DNA of 32,000 nt, taken from positions 1,290,001 to 1,322,000 of the forward strand of contig NZ_CP066019.1 in assembly GCF_016127575.1 (NCBI RefSeq). Reading direction: 5' to 3'. Below the pieces are notes generated by a model. That model was not told the origin of the DNA. It searched no databases and worked only from the letters and a program-made list of their open reading frames with translations. Both the position numbers and the translations under genes were made by a program. The stretch comes from Cupriavidus necator (GTDB lineage Bacteria; Pseudomonadota; Gammaproteobacteria; Burkholderiales; Burkholderiaceae). Shown piece after piece: positions 7,089 to 15,567 of this stretch. Positions within the stretch are counted from its first letter, which is position 1; every line of letters starts with the position of its first letter.

Positions 7089-8402
7089 TCAGGCGTGGGA
7101 CGCCAGCAGTTCCCGGGCGCGCTGCTGGATTGCCGCATGGGTCTGGAGCAGCCAGGTCGCAGGGAATGGCTGCGCCAGCAGGTAGCCCTGCACGCTGTGG
7201 CAGCCCCAGGCACGCACCGCCTCGAGCTGCTGGCGGGTCTCGATCCCCTTGGCGCAGACCGACACGCCGGCGCCCCGGGCCAGCCGGCAGGCGGCCCGCA
7301 GGCTGTCGGCACGGTTGGCGGAATCACCGGGCCGGGGGGCATGGCCCAGCCGGCGCGCGTCCAGCGTGACGCGGTCCGGGTGCAGCGCCGCCAGCAACTG
7401 GCGGCAGCCCGGGCTGTCGTCGAAATCGCCCAGCGTCAGTTGCAGTCCGCGCCGGCGCAGGGCGGCAAAGCGGGCAATGATGTCGGCGTCGGCCGGCACC
7501 GCGCTGGCCGACACTTCGATGCACAGGCGGTCCGGTGCGATGCCGCCTGCGTCGATGGCCTGGGCCAGTGCCTCCACCATCTGCGGGCGGTGCAGCTGGG
7601 CGCTGGAGGCCAGCAGGGTGAATTGCAGCGGGGCCACGTTTTCGGCGGCGCGTACCAGCGGCAGCACGCTTTCCAGCAGCCAGCTGCCAATCCGGCCGAC
7701 CAGCCCCAGCGACTCCACCGCCGGCAGGAAATCCTGCGGCGCCACCCGCCCGAGCGCCGGATGGTGCCAGCGCAGCCGCACGGTGTAGCCGCTGACCACG
7801 GCGCTGGCGAAGTCGGCGCGCGGCTGCAGCTGCAGGCTCAGTTCGCCGCGCTCCAGTGCGTCGGGCAGGGCGGCCAGCAGGGGCGCGGTCGGTGGCGCGG
7901 CGGGCTTGTCGGCGCGCGCCAGGCCGTCGCCTCCCCGTCGATCGACCCGCAGCATGGCGTCCAGGGCCTGCTGCAGGCTGCGTTCCGCCGGGATATCCGG
8001 ATGGTCGGTGGCCACGCCGATGCTGCACGAAATAAACAGCTCGAAGCCCTCCAGCGCGAACGGCCGGGACAGGTCGTCGGCCAGCCGGCTGGCCACCGGG
8101 CCGGGGTCGGGCTCACCGTCCGGCAGCGCGGTAATGACCACCAGGTCTGCCGGCGCCATCCAGTGCATGATGGCGGCGGGCGGCAGCAGGCAGGCGATGC
8201 GTGCCTGCACGATGGCCTGCAGCCTGGCCGCGCGCCGGGGCCCCAGGGTTTCGCAGGCGCTGGCAAACCGGTCCAGGCGGATAGAAAGGATCGTCGCTGG
8301 CTGCCCGGTGCCGGAGCGGCGTGCCGCTAGCGCGGACACCAGGGCGGACGGCTGCATCGCGCCAGGCGCGCCCGCGGCGTTGTCATCGGCATCAGGATGC
8401 AT
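7089..8402 (-). CDS. Cytoplasmic GGDEF-EAL tandem-domain protein with both active sites degenerate
   Basis: The C-terminal EAL fold is recognisable (ERGELSLQLQP..., RLRWHHP..G.V.PQDFLP..E..GL, ...QGYLLAQP). An N-terminal GGDEF-like fold is also present (IRLDRF...ETLG...SCSIGVA...AMLRVDRRGGD). I chose the start at ATG 8402 (MHPDADD...). ATG 8357 is possible. The longer track ORF (to 8783) has an Arg/Pro-rich N-terminus that overlaps the next gene. Confidence 0.7.
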   Translation of the reverse strand: MHPDADDNAAGAPGAMQPSALVSALAARRSGTGQPATILSIRLDRFASACETLGPRRAARLQAIVQARIACLLPPAAIMHWMAPADLVVITALPDGEPDPGPVASRLADDLSRPFALEGFELFISCSIGVATDHPDIPAERSLQQALDAMLRVDRRGGDGLARADKPAAPPTAPLLAALPDALERGELSLQLQPRADFASAVVSGYTVRLRWHHPALGRVAPQDFLPAVESLGLVGRIGSWLLESVLPLVRAAENVAPLQFTLLASSAQLHRPQMVEALAQAIDAGGIAPDRLCIEVSASAVPADADIIARFAALRRRGLQLTLGDFDDSPGCRQLLAALHPDRVTLDARRLGHAPRPGDSANRADSLRAACRLARGAGVSVCAKGIETRQQLEAVRAWGCHSVQGYLLAQPFPATWLLQTHAAIQQRARELLASHA

Positions 8403-8718
8403 GGATGGTCTTGCGGGCAGCCTGTTGAAGGCCGTGCGCTGCCCGCGTCTCCCCGGTATCAGATTTGGTCGTTCGGCTTGCCGCTGGGACGGCCGCCGGC
8501 GCTTGTCGTCAGGCCTTGGTAATCCACGCCTGCCACGGCCGCATGCGGGCCGCACAGGCCGATCATAAGCGAAGGGGAAGGTGCGGAACATTGCAAATTG
8601 CGCCAAGGTGACTTGGTCGCAACCTGCAACTTGATATGGATCAATATGGCCGGAATTGGCCGTGATCGTGGATTGACGCCACCGCCGGAATCCGGCAGCG
8701 GCGGATGGGCTGGCCTGA

Positions 8719-10032
8719 TCAGCCGGTGGTCTCTTCCTCAGGTCCTTCCTGCGGGGGCAGGCGCGCGGCCAGCACTTTGTCAATGCGTTTGCCGTCCATG
8801 TCGACGATCTCGAAGCGCCAGTCGCCCCATTGCACGCTGTCGGCGATCTGCGGCAGGCGGCCCAGCAGCAGGAGCAGCATGCCGGACAGGGTGTGGTAGC
8901 GCTCTTTTTCTTCCTCGGGCACCTGGCGCAGGCCGATGCGGTCCTTCAGTTCCGGGATCGGGATCAGGCCGTCGAGCAGCCACGAGCCGTCGTCGCGCTG
9001 CACCGCCCATTCCTCGCCGGCGGCGTCGGCCTTGAATTCGCCGGTGATGGCCTCGATCAGGTCCTGGAGCGTGACCAGACCCAGCACTTCGCCGTATTCG
9101 TCGATGACAAAGGCCATCTGGCCGCCGGAGCCGCGGAAATTCTCCAGCAGCTCCATGCCGGTCACGCTCTCGGGCACGAACACCGCCGGCTGCGCCGCGG
9201 CCTTCAGGTCGGCTTCCTCGCCGCGCAGCCGGCGCGCCAGCAGCTGGCGCGCGCTGACCACGCCGATGATGTCGTGCATGCCGCCGCGCACGACCGGAAA
9301 GCGCGAGTGGTCGGATTCTTCGATGCGGTGCAGGTTTTCATCGAGCGTCTCTTCCACGTCCAAGTACACGACATCGCCGCGCGGCACCATCAGCGATGCC
9401 AGCTGGCGGTCGTCCAGCCGGAACACGTTGCGCACCATGGTGTGCTCGTGCTGTTCGATCACGCCGGCTTCGGAACCCTCGACCAGCAGCGCGTGGATTT
9501 CTTCCTCGGTCACGCCCGGGCCGCGGTCGACCTTGGTGCCGAGCACCCGCAGCACCAGCCGCGTTGAGCTGGACAGCAGCTTGACGAACGGGGTGGAGGC
9601 CACCGCCAGCCAGCCGATCGGGCGCGCCACCAGCCGCGCGATGGCTTCGGGGGCCATCTGGCCCAGGCGCTTGGGCACCAGTTCGCCCAGCACGATGGAA
9701 AAGTAGGTCAGGCCGGCCACCACGATGGCGGTTGCCACATAGCCGGAGGTGTTAGGCGACAAGCCGAAGCCTTGCAGCCAGAGGCCCAGCGGCTGCGCCA
9801 GCGTGGATTCGCCGACCACGCCGTTGAGCACGCCGATCGACGTGATGCCGATCTGCACCGTGGACAGGAAGCGCGTGGGGTCCTCGCCCAGCTGGACCGC
9901 GGCAATCGCGCCGCGGTCACCGTTCTCGATCTGGCGCTGCAGACGTGCCTTACGGGCCGTGACCAGCGCGATCTCGGACATCGCGAACAGGCCGTTGAGC
10001 AGAATGAGCGCCAGTAGTATGGCAATTTCCAT
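8719..10032 (-). CDS. CNNM(DUF21)-CBS-CorC_HlyC family membrane protein ('hemolysin family'/TlyC-YtfL type, putative divalent-cation efflux)
   Basis: MEIAILLALILLNGLFAMSEIALVTARKARLQ... is the DUF21 start. It is followed by a CBS pair (MVPRGDVVYLDVE...VVRGGMHDIIGVVSARQLL ... AFVIDEYGEVLGLVTLQDLIEAITGEF) and a CorC/HlyC C-terminal domain (DGSWLLDG...RFEIVDMDGKRIDKV). The start is at internal ATG 10032. Confidence 0.85.
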   Translation of the reverse strand: MEIAILLALILLNGLFAMSEIALVTARKARLQRQIENGDRGAIAAVQLGEDPTRFLSTVQIGITSIGVLNGVVGESTLAQPLGLWLQGFGLSPNTSGYVATAIVVAGLTYFSIVLGELVPKRLGQMAPEAIARLVARPIGWLAVASTPFVKLLSSSTRLVLRVLGTKVDRGPGVTEEEIHALLVEGSEAGVIEQHEHTMVRNVFRLDDRQLASLMVPRGDVVYLDVEETLDENLHRIEESDHSRFPVVRGGMHDIIGVVSARQLLARRLRGEEADLKAAAQPAVFVPESVTGMELLENFRGSGGQMAFVIDEYGEVLGLVTLQDLIEAITGEFKADAAGEEWAVQRDDGSWLLDGLIPIPELKDRIGLRQVPEEEKERYHTLSGMLLLLLGRLPQIADSVQWGDWRFEIVDMDGKRIDKVLAARLPPQEGPEEETTG

Positions 10033-10142
10033 CAGGGTACGCGCTCTTTGCGTGTGAGTTGAAAGCACCAAGCATACCATCCGCGCATGACGGCCCGGCG
10101 GTTCCCCGGTGCAGGTGATGGTGGCGCCTCCGCCTGGCGTGG

Positions 10143-10193
10143 CGATAACTAATGGAGATAGCTCGATACCTAATATTCAATAGATAGTTATCG
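10143..10193. promoter_or_regulatory. 9-bp perfect inverted repeat CGATAACTA-N33-TAGTTATCG in an AT-rich spacer; candidate operator between divergent genes
   Basis: cgataacta (10143-10151) and tagttatcg (10185-10193) flank the AT-rich core ...tacctaatattcaatag.... The repeat lies about 90 nt upstream of the beta-propeller ATG. Confidence 0.3.
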
Positions 10194-10284
10194 TTGGCTG
10201 CGCCAGACTTCCGCCCATGGCAGCACCTGTGCCGCCTTCCGAACAGCCTGGAGCCTACAGGCGTGCGAATCACAAGGAGACAGA

Positions 10285-11229
10285 ATGGAAAGCCAATGGA
10301 CGGCCGTGCTGGTGGAGAAATTCGGCCATAGCTTCAGCGCTTACGAACTGGATGGCGGCGAGCGCCGCTTCAGTGTCCAGTTGCCTGACTATCCGCATGA
10401 ATTCGTGGTGGACCGCGAGCGCCTGTGCGGCTACGTCGGCCACTATGGCGTGCAGACCTTCGCGCACGCCGGCGACGGCGGCGCCGCAGTGATCGCGGTC
10501 GACCTGATGCGCGGCGCAGTGCGGGCACGGCTCGATTGCTCGCCCTATCACCGTATCCATGGCCTGCAGATCGACCGGCAAGGACGCGTCTACGCGCTGA
10601 GCGAGCGCGACAATATGCTGGTGGTGTTCGAGGCGCCGCTGGAGCACCCCGTGCCTGACCGCGCCGTGCCCGCGGGCGGGGTGAAAAGCCATCTGTTCGT
10701 GTTGTCGGCCGATGGCGAGCGTGCCTACGTGACCAACCTGCTGTCGCATACCGTGACACTGGTCCACCCCTACGATGCCACCCGCGCTCCGCGCGCGGCG
10801 TACGCCGGCAGGCGCCCCGAGGGCTGCTGCCTGAGCCGCGACGAAGCGGCGCTCTACGTCGCCAGCCGCGACGATCACAGTCTGACCCGGCTGGACGCGC
10901 GCACGATGGAAGCGGTGCGCACGGTGCCGACCGGCGAGGATCCCACCCGCATCTACTGGTCGCCGGACGACCGCCTGTTCGTGCTCAACTACGGCGAGCG
11001 CAGCATCCGCGTTTTCGACCCCGACACGCTCGCCGAAACCGGCCGGGTCGACACCGGCGCCAGGCCGATTGCGCTCGCCTTCCATCCGGCTGACCCGAGC
11101 CGCGCCTATATCGCGCTCAACGACCACACCGTCGGCCAGCTTGACCTGCCTGGCCTGGCCCTGCGCCATGCCTTCACCACCGGCAAGGAACCGGACGGTC
11201 TTGCCATCCTGGCTTTGCCGACGCGGTAG
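10285..11229 (+). CDS. Cytosolic YVTN/YncE-type (lactonase-like) 7-bladed beta-propeller protein
   Basis: Strong SD (AAGGAGACAGA-ATG). No signal peptide (MESQWTAVLVEKFGH...). There are about seven ~40-residue units of the type P.g...s.DG..aYVTN....tv.v.D, for example GERAYVTNLLSHTVTLV, AALYVASRDDHSLTRLDARTMEAV, RLFVLNYGERSIRVFDPDTLAE and RAYIALNDHTVGQLDL. Confidence 0.7.
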   Translation: MESQWTAVLVEKFGHSFSAYELDGGERRFSVQLPDYPHEFVVDRERLCGYVGHYGVQTFAHAGDGGAAVIAVDLMRGAVRARLDCSPYHRIHGLQIDRQGRVYALSERDNMLVVFEAPLEHPVPDRAVPAGGVKSHLFVLSADGERAYVTNLLSHTVTLVHPYDATRAPRAAYAGRRPEGCCLSRDEAALYVASRDDHSLTRLDARTMEAVRTVPTGEDPTRIYWSPDDRLFVLNYGERSIRVFDPDTLAETGRVDTGARPIALAFHPADPSRAYIALNDHTVGQLDLPGLALRHAFTTGKEPDGLAILALPTR

Positions 11230-11305
11230 TCAACCGGCGTTCACGGCCGCGAAGGCAGCGCGGATGCCAGCGGCCCATACCCGGAAATCCATACGGAGAC
11301 AGAGT

Positions 11306-12643
11306 ATGAAAGGCTTGGACCAAGCCGGCGCCGGCACGTCGGTCGCCATCGATGCGACACCACTCACCGGTGCCGCCAGCATTCCAGCCCAGCGCTGGTG
11401 GCGCATCATCCCGCCGATCCTGATGGTCTGCATCGTCTCGTACATGGATCGCGTCAATATCGCCTTCGCGATGCCGGGGGGGATGGGCGATGCGCTCGGT
11501 ATCGGCGCCAGCATGGCCGGCCTGGCCGGCGGCATCTTCTTTGTCGGCTATCTGTTCCTGCAGATTCCCGGCGGCAAGCTGGCCGTGCGCGGCAGCGGGC
11601 GCAATTTCATCGCCTGGTCGATGCTGGCCTGGGCCGTCATTTCCGTGCTGACCGGCCTGGTGCGCAACGAGACCGAACTGCTGATTCTGCGCTTTGCGCT
11701 GGGGGTGGCCGAGGGCGGCATGCTGCCGGTGGTGCTGACCATGGTCGGCAACTGGTTTCCCGACCACGAACGCGGACGCGCCAACGCCCTGGTGATCCTG
11801 TTCGTGCCGATCGCCGGCGTCATCACCGCGCCGCTGTCGGGCCTGGTAATCGCGGCGCTCGACTGGCGCTGGCTGTTTATCGTGGAAGGCCTGATTTCGC
11901 TGGCCTGCCTCGGCGTGTGGTGGAAGCTGGCCTGTGACCGGCCGGAGCAGGCGCGCTGGATTTCCGCCGAAGAGAAGGCTTATCTGCTGGCCCGCCTGCG
12001 CGAGGAAGAGCAGCAGGCAGCCGCCGCTGGCGCAAGCGTGGGGCAGGGCGCGGCCGACACGCGGGCGGTATTGGCGCACATCCTGTCGCAGGACGTGATC
12101 TGGCGCCTGATCGCCGTCAATTTTCTCTACCAGATGGGGATCTACGGGTACACGCTGTGGCTGCCCACCATCCTGAGGGGCCTGACCGGAGGCGGCATGG
12201 GGCAGGTCGGCATGCTGGCCGTGCTGCCGTACCTGGGCACCATGGCCGGCATCCTCGCGATCTCCTCGCTGTCCGACCGCACCGGCCGGCGCAAGGACTT
12301 CGTGGTCTGGCCGCTGCTGGGTTTCGCCGCCTGCCTGGCCGGTTCGGTCTGGTGGCACGACAATACCTGGCTGTCCTATGGCCTGCTGGTCGGCAGCGGC
12401 TTCTTCCTGCAGTCCGCGGCGGGGGTCTTCTGGACCCTGCCGCCACGGCTGCTGGCCGCCGAGCACGCGGGCGTGGCGCGCGGCGTGATTAATGCGCTGG
12501 GCAACCTGGGCGGATTCTGCGGTCCCTATGCCGCGGGCGTGCTGATCGAGCGCGTCAGCGCGGGCGCCGGTGTCTACCTGCTGGTCGCCGCGCTGGTGAT
12601 GGCCGGCGCCCTGGCCGCCACGCTGCCGAGGCGGTGCCGATGA
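11306..12643 (+). CDS. MFS transporter, anion:cation symporter (ACS) type (organic acid / sugar-acid permease)
   Basis: Start at ATG 11306 (GGAGACAGAGT-ATG), internal to track ORF 11069... W(R/K)IIPPILMVCIVSYMDRVNIAFAMP.., GGIFFVGYLFLQIPGG, RFALGVAEGGMLP and NWFP..ERGRA are ACS-family (DgoT/ExuT/phthalate permease-like) signatures. There are 12 predicted hydrophobic segments. Confidence 0.8.
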   Translation: MKGLDQAGAGTSVAIDATPLTGAASIPAQRWWRIIPPILMVCIVSYMDRVNIAFAMPGGMGDALGIGASMAGLAGGIFFVGYLFLQIPGGKLAVRGSGRNFIAWSMLAWAVISVLTGLVRNETELLILRFALGVAEGGMLPVVLTMVGNWFPDHERGRANALVILFVPIAGVITAPLSGLVIAALDWRWLFIVEGLISLACLGVWWKLACDRPEQARWISAEEKAYLLARLREEEQQAAAAGASVGQGAADTRAVLAHILSQDVIWRLIAVNFLYQMGIYGYTLWLPTILRGLTGGGMGQVGMLAVLPYLGTMAGILAISSLSDRTGRRKDFVVWPLLGFAACLAGSVWWHDNTWLSYGLLVGSGFFLQSAAGVFWTLPPRLLAAEHAGVARGVINALGNLGGFCGPYAAGVLIERVSAGAGVYLLVAALVMAGALAATLPRRCR

Positions 12644-13590
12644 GCAGCGTAACAACTGCCGCGCTGCCCGCAGGCCTGGCCATCGTCGACGCCCACCACC
12701 ACCTGTGGCAACTCGGGCGCGGCCGCTATCCCTGGCTGCAGGACGAATACCGGCCACAGAGCTTCTTTCTCGGCGATTACCAGGCCCTGCGCAGCGATTA
12801 CCTTGAGGCGCAGTACGCGCATGACACTAGCGCCGTCACAGTGCTGGCCACTGTGCACGTAGAGGCCGAACGCGACCGCCGCGAAGCCGTCGACGAGACC
12901 GCGTGGCTGCACGGCCAGGCCTGGCGCCCCGGCATGGCTGCCGCGGTGGTGGCCTACGCGCCGTTCGGCACTCCAGGATGCGCGGAGCTGCTGGCGCGCC
13001 AGGCCGGTTTCGCGCGGGTCAGGGGGATCCGGTGCAAACCGCTGACAGCCGCGGCGCAGGGCGAGTCAGTGGCAGGGCGGCCCGGGTCGATGCAGGACCA
13101 GGCCTGGCTGGACGACCTGGCGCGGCTGGAGCGCCATGGCTTGTCGTGGGACCTGCGGGTACCGTTCTGGCATTTGCGCGAGGCGGCGCGGGTGGCGGCC
13201 GCCTTGCCGGGCGTGCCGATCGCGCTCAATCACGCGGGCCTGCCACTGGACCGCTCGAAGGAGGGCCTGGCCAGTTGGCGCGCCGGCATGGAGGCGTTGG
13301 CCGCCTGCGCCAATGTGTCGGTCAAGCTGTCGGAGTTCGGGCTGGCCGGCGGGCGCTGGGATGCGCAGGGCAACCGCGGCATCGTGCGCGAGGTGCTGGC
13401 GATATTCGGGCATGAGCGGGCGATGTTCGGCAGCAACCTGCCAGTGTCGGGCCTGAGCGCGGACTTGGGCACGATCCTCGGCACGGTGTGCGAGGCGCTG
13501 CCGGATCCCGTCGCCAGGCAGCGCGTGCTGGCTGGCAATGCGGCCAGGTTCTATCGGATCAATGTTCCAAGGCCGTCCGAGCTGGCCTAG
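12640..13590 (+). CDS. Amidohydrolase_2 (COG3618-type, lactonase/decarboxylase-like) metal-dependent hydrolase
   Basis: IVDAHHHLWQLGRGRYPWL is the N-terminal HxH motif typical of COG3618 enzymes (LigI, fucono-/rhamnono-lactonases). LNHAG.P and FGSN.PV lie near the C-terminus. ATG 12640-12642 overlaps the MFS stop TGA 12641-12643 (ATGA), which implies translational coupling. The track start at 12634 is a GTG. Confidence 0.75.
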   Translation: MSSVTTAALPAGLAIVDAHHHLWQLGRGRYPWLQDEYRPQSFFLGDYQALRSDYLEAQYAHDTSAVTVLATVHVEAERDRREAVDETAWLHGQAWRPGMAAAVVAYAPFGTPGCAELLARQAGFARVRGIRCKPLTAAAQGESVAGRPGSMQDQAWLDDLARLERHGLSWDLRVPFWHLREAARVAAALPGVPIALNHAGLPLDRSKEGLASWRAGMEALAACANVSVKLSEFGLAGGRWDAQGNRGIVREVLAIFGHERAMFGSNLPVSGLSADLGTILGTVCEALPDPVARQRVLAGNAARFYRINVPRPSELA

Positions 13591-13647
13591 AACCAGCGGC
13601 AGGCACAAGCATGCTATAAGTCCTATCTTCGCCGCAGCCCGGCCACC

Positions 13648-14637
13648 ATGCCAGACCTCCCAGCCACCCTCTCCAGTGCCGCCACCCTGCGCAAACGCTT
13701 GCATATGCGGCATCTGCGCCTGGCCCTGGCCCTTGCCGAGCACCGCTCGCTGCGGCGCGCCGCGGCACAGATGGCGCTGTCCCAGCCAGCCGTCACCAAG
13801 GCATTGCACGAGCTCGAGAGCGTGGTCGGCACGTTGCTGTTCACGCGGCATGCGCGCGGCATCGAGCCGACGGTGTTCGGCGAGGCGCTGATCCGCTATG
13901 CGCGCGTGGTGCTGGCCGACCTGGATGCCCTGCACGATGAATTTGCCGCCATCGCCGCGGGCGAGGTGGGCAAGGTGCGGCTCGGCTCGATCCTGGCCCC
14001 GGTGCCTTCCGTTCTGTCGGGCGTCATCAACGCGCTCAAGGCACGCTATCCGCGTTTGCATATCGTGATGCAGGTCGATACCAGCGACGTACTGGTACAG
14101 GCGCTGCGGCAGGATGCGCTGGACGTGGTGATCGGACGCATTCCCGAAGGCACGGTGGCCGACGATCTCGACTTCGAGCCACTGTTCGAAGAGTCGCTGG
14201 CCATCGTGGCGCGCGCCGGCCATCCGCAGGCAGGCAAGCGCGGCGTCAAGCTGGCTTCCCTGGCCGGCTATCCCTGGATCATCCCGCCAGCGGCGGTGCC
14301 GATGTGGCAGATCATCGACCAGACCTTCCGCGACAACCGCGTGCCGCTGCCGGAAGACATCATCGAGACTTCGTCGATCATGGGCACGCTGCCGCTGCTG
14401 GCGGATAGCGACCGCATTGCCGTCGTGCCGGGCGCGATCGCGGAGTACTTCGTCGCCCTGGGTGCGCTGGCGGTCCTGCCGGTGGCGATGCGCGGGCGGC
14501 TGGTCCCCTATGGGATTGTGCTGCGCCGGCGGCGGGCCGCGACGCCGGCCATGCGCCTGCTGATCGACGCGGTGCGCGCGGCGGGGCCCGGCGCTCCGCA
14601 GGCGATGACTGAATTGGAGCCATTACCTGCAAGGTAA
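13648..14637 (+). CDS. LysR-family transcriptional regulator
   Basis: MRHLRLALALAEHRSLRRAAAQMALSQPAVTKALHELESVVGTLLFTRHARGIEPT is a textbook LTTR HTH, followed by a periplasmic-binding-protein-like effector domain. The start is either ATG 13648 or ATG 13705 (MRHLRL...). Neither has a clear SD. Confidence 0.85.
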   Translation: MPDLPATLSSAATLRKRLHMRHLRLALALAEHRSLRRAAAQMALSQPAVTKALHELESVVGTLLFTRHARGIEPTVFGEALIRYARVVLADLDALHDEFAAIAAGEVGKVRLGSILAPVPSVLSGVINALKARYPRLHIVMQVDTSDVLVQALRQDALDVVIGRIPEGTVADDLDFEPLFEESLAIVARAGHPQAGKRGVKLASLAGYPWIIPPAAVPMWQIIDQTFRDNRVPLPEDIIETSSIMGTLPLLADSDRIAVVPGAIAEYFVALGALAVLPVAMRGRLVPYGIVLRRRRAATPAMRLLIDAVRAAGPGAPQAMTELEPLPAR

Positions 14638-14652
14638 TGGTCATACGCCGCG

Positions 14653-15567
14653 GTGCATGCTGTAATGCATGCCATGGACACGCTGACCCCAGCCTCCGAG
14701 GCCACCCTCGACTTCCCCGGCCTGCTGCGCTACTGGCGCAGCAAGCGCGGCTACAGCCAGCTGGCGCTGTCGCTGGCCGCCGGGGTGTCGCAGCGCCACA
14801 TCTCCTTCCTGGAATCCGGCCGCGCCCGCCCCAGCCGTGAAATGGTGCTGGCGCTGGCCGAGCGCCTGGGCGTGCCGCTGCGCCAGCGCAACCGGCTGCT
14901 GCTGGCCGGCGGCTTTGCCCCGGCCTACAGCGAACACGCGCTGGCTTCGCCGCCGCTGCAGATGGTGCAGCAGGCGATCGCGCTGATCCTGGCCAAGCAG
15001 GAGCCGTACCCGGCCGTGGTGCTGGACCGTTTCTGGAACCTGGTGGATGCCAACCCGGCCTACCGGCGCATGCTCGAGACCCTGCTGGGCGGGCGCGAGC
15101 CGGCATCGCTCACGGAAGGCAGCCACAGGATCAACCTGATGCTGACCGTGTTTGATCCGGAGGGCCTGTGGCCGGTGATCGAGAACGCGCGCCAGGTCGG
15201 GCGCTACCTGTTGCGGCGCGTGTGGCAGGAGCTGCAGGTGCAGGCCCACGACCAGACCGCGCGCGAGATCTTCGGGCGCATCGCCGCCTGGCATCCTGAC
15301 ATGGTCGGGCCGGGCGGCGCGCTGCTGCCCGAGGACGACGGCACCGATGGCCCGCCGGCGCCATTGCTGCCGGTGGTGCTGCATGCGGGCGCGTTCCGCG
15401 CGTCGCTGTTCTCGACCCTGACCACGCTCGGCATTCCACAGGACATCACGCTGCAGGAGCTGCGCATCGAGTGCTTCTTCCCGGCTGACGACGCCACCCG
15501 CACCTTGTTTGAAGCGCAGGCCGGGGCTGCAGCGGCCGCTGTCAGAAGCGGTAGCGCAGGTAAATGA
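14653..15567 (+). CDS. MmyB-like (XRE HTH + MmyB ligand-binding domain) transcriptional regulator
   Basis: LRYWRSKRGYSQLALSLAAGVSQRHISFLESGRARPSREMVLALAERLGVPLRQRNRLLLAGG is the HTH_31/XRE module. It is followed by EPYPAVVLDRFWNLVDANPAYRRML, as in MmyB-family C-domains. An alternative start is ATG 14674. Confidence 0.75.
   Translation: MHAVMHAMDTLTPASEATLDFPGLLRYWRSKRGYSQLALSLAAGVSQRHISFLESGRARPSREMVLALAERLGVPLRQRNRLLLAGGFAPAYSEHALASPPLQMVQQAIALILAKQEPYPAVVLDRFWNLVDANPAYRRMLETLLGGREPASLTEGSHRINLMLTVFDPEGLWPVIENARQVGRYLLRRVWQELQVQAHDQTAREIFGRIAAWHPDMVGPGGALLPEDDGTDGPPAPLLPVVLHAGAFRASLFSTLTTLGIPQDITLQELRIECFFPADDATRTLFEAQAGAAAAAVRSGSAGK

Noticed and set aside
8403-8783. Upstream extension of the GGDEF-EAL ORF to 8783
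   Set aside because: The extension is Arg/Pro-rich and non-globular, and it overlaps the 3' end of the CNNM gene. The GGDEF-like fold begins just after ATG 8402.
11174-12757. 527-aa minus-strand ORF, plus several 100-180-aa ORFs, over the MFS gene
   Set aside because: It is antisense or out of frame to a clear 12-TM ACS-type permease. The product is hydrophilic and Arg/Gln/Gly/Asp-rich, with no motifs.
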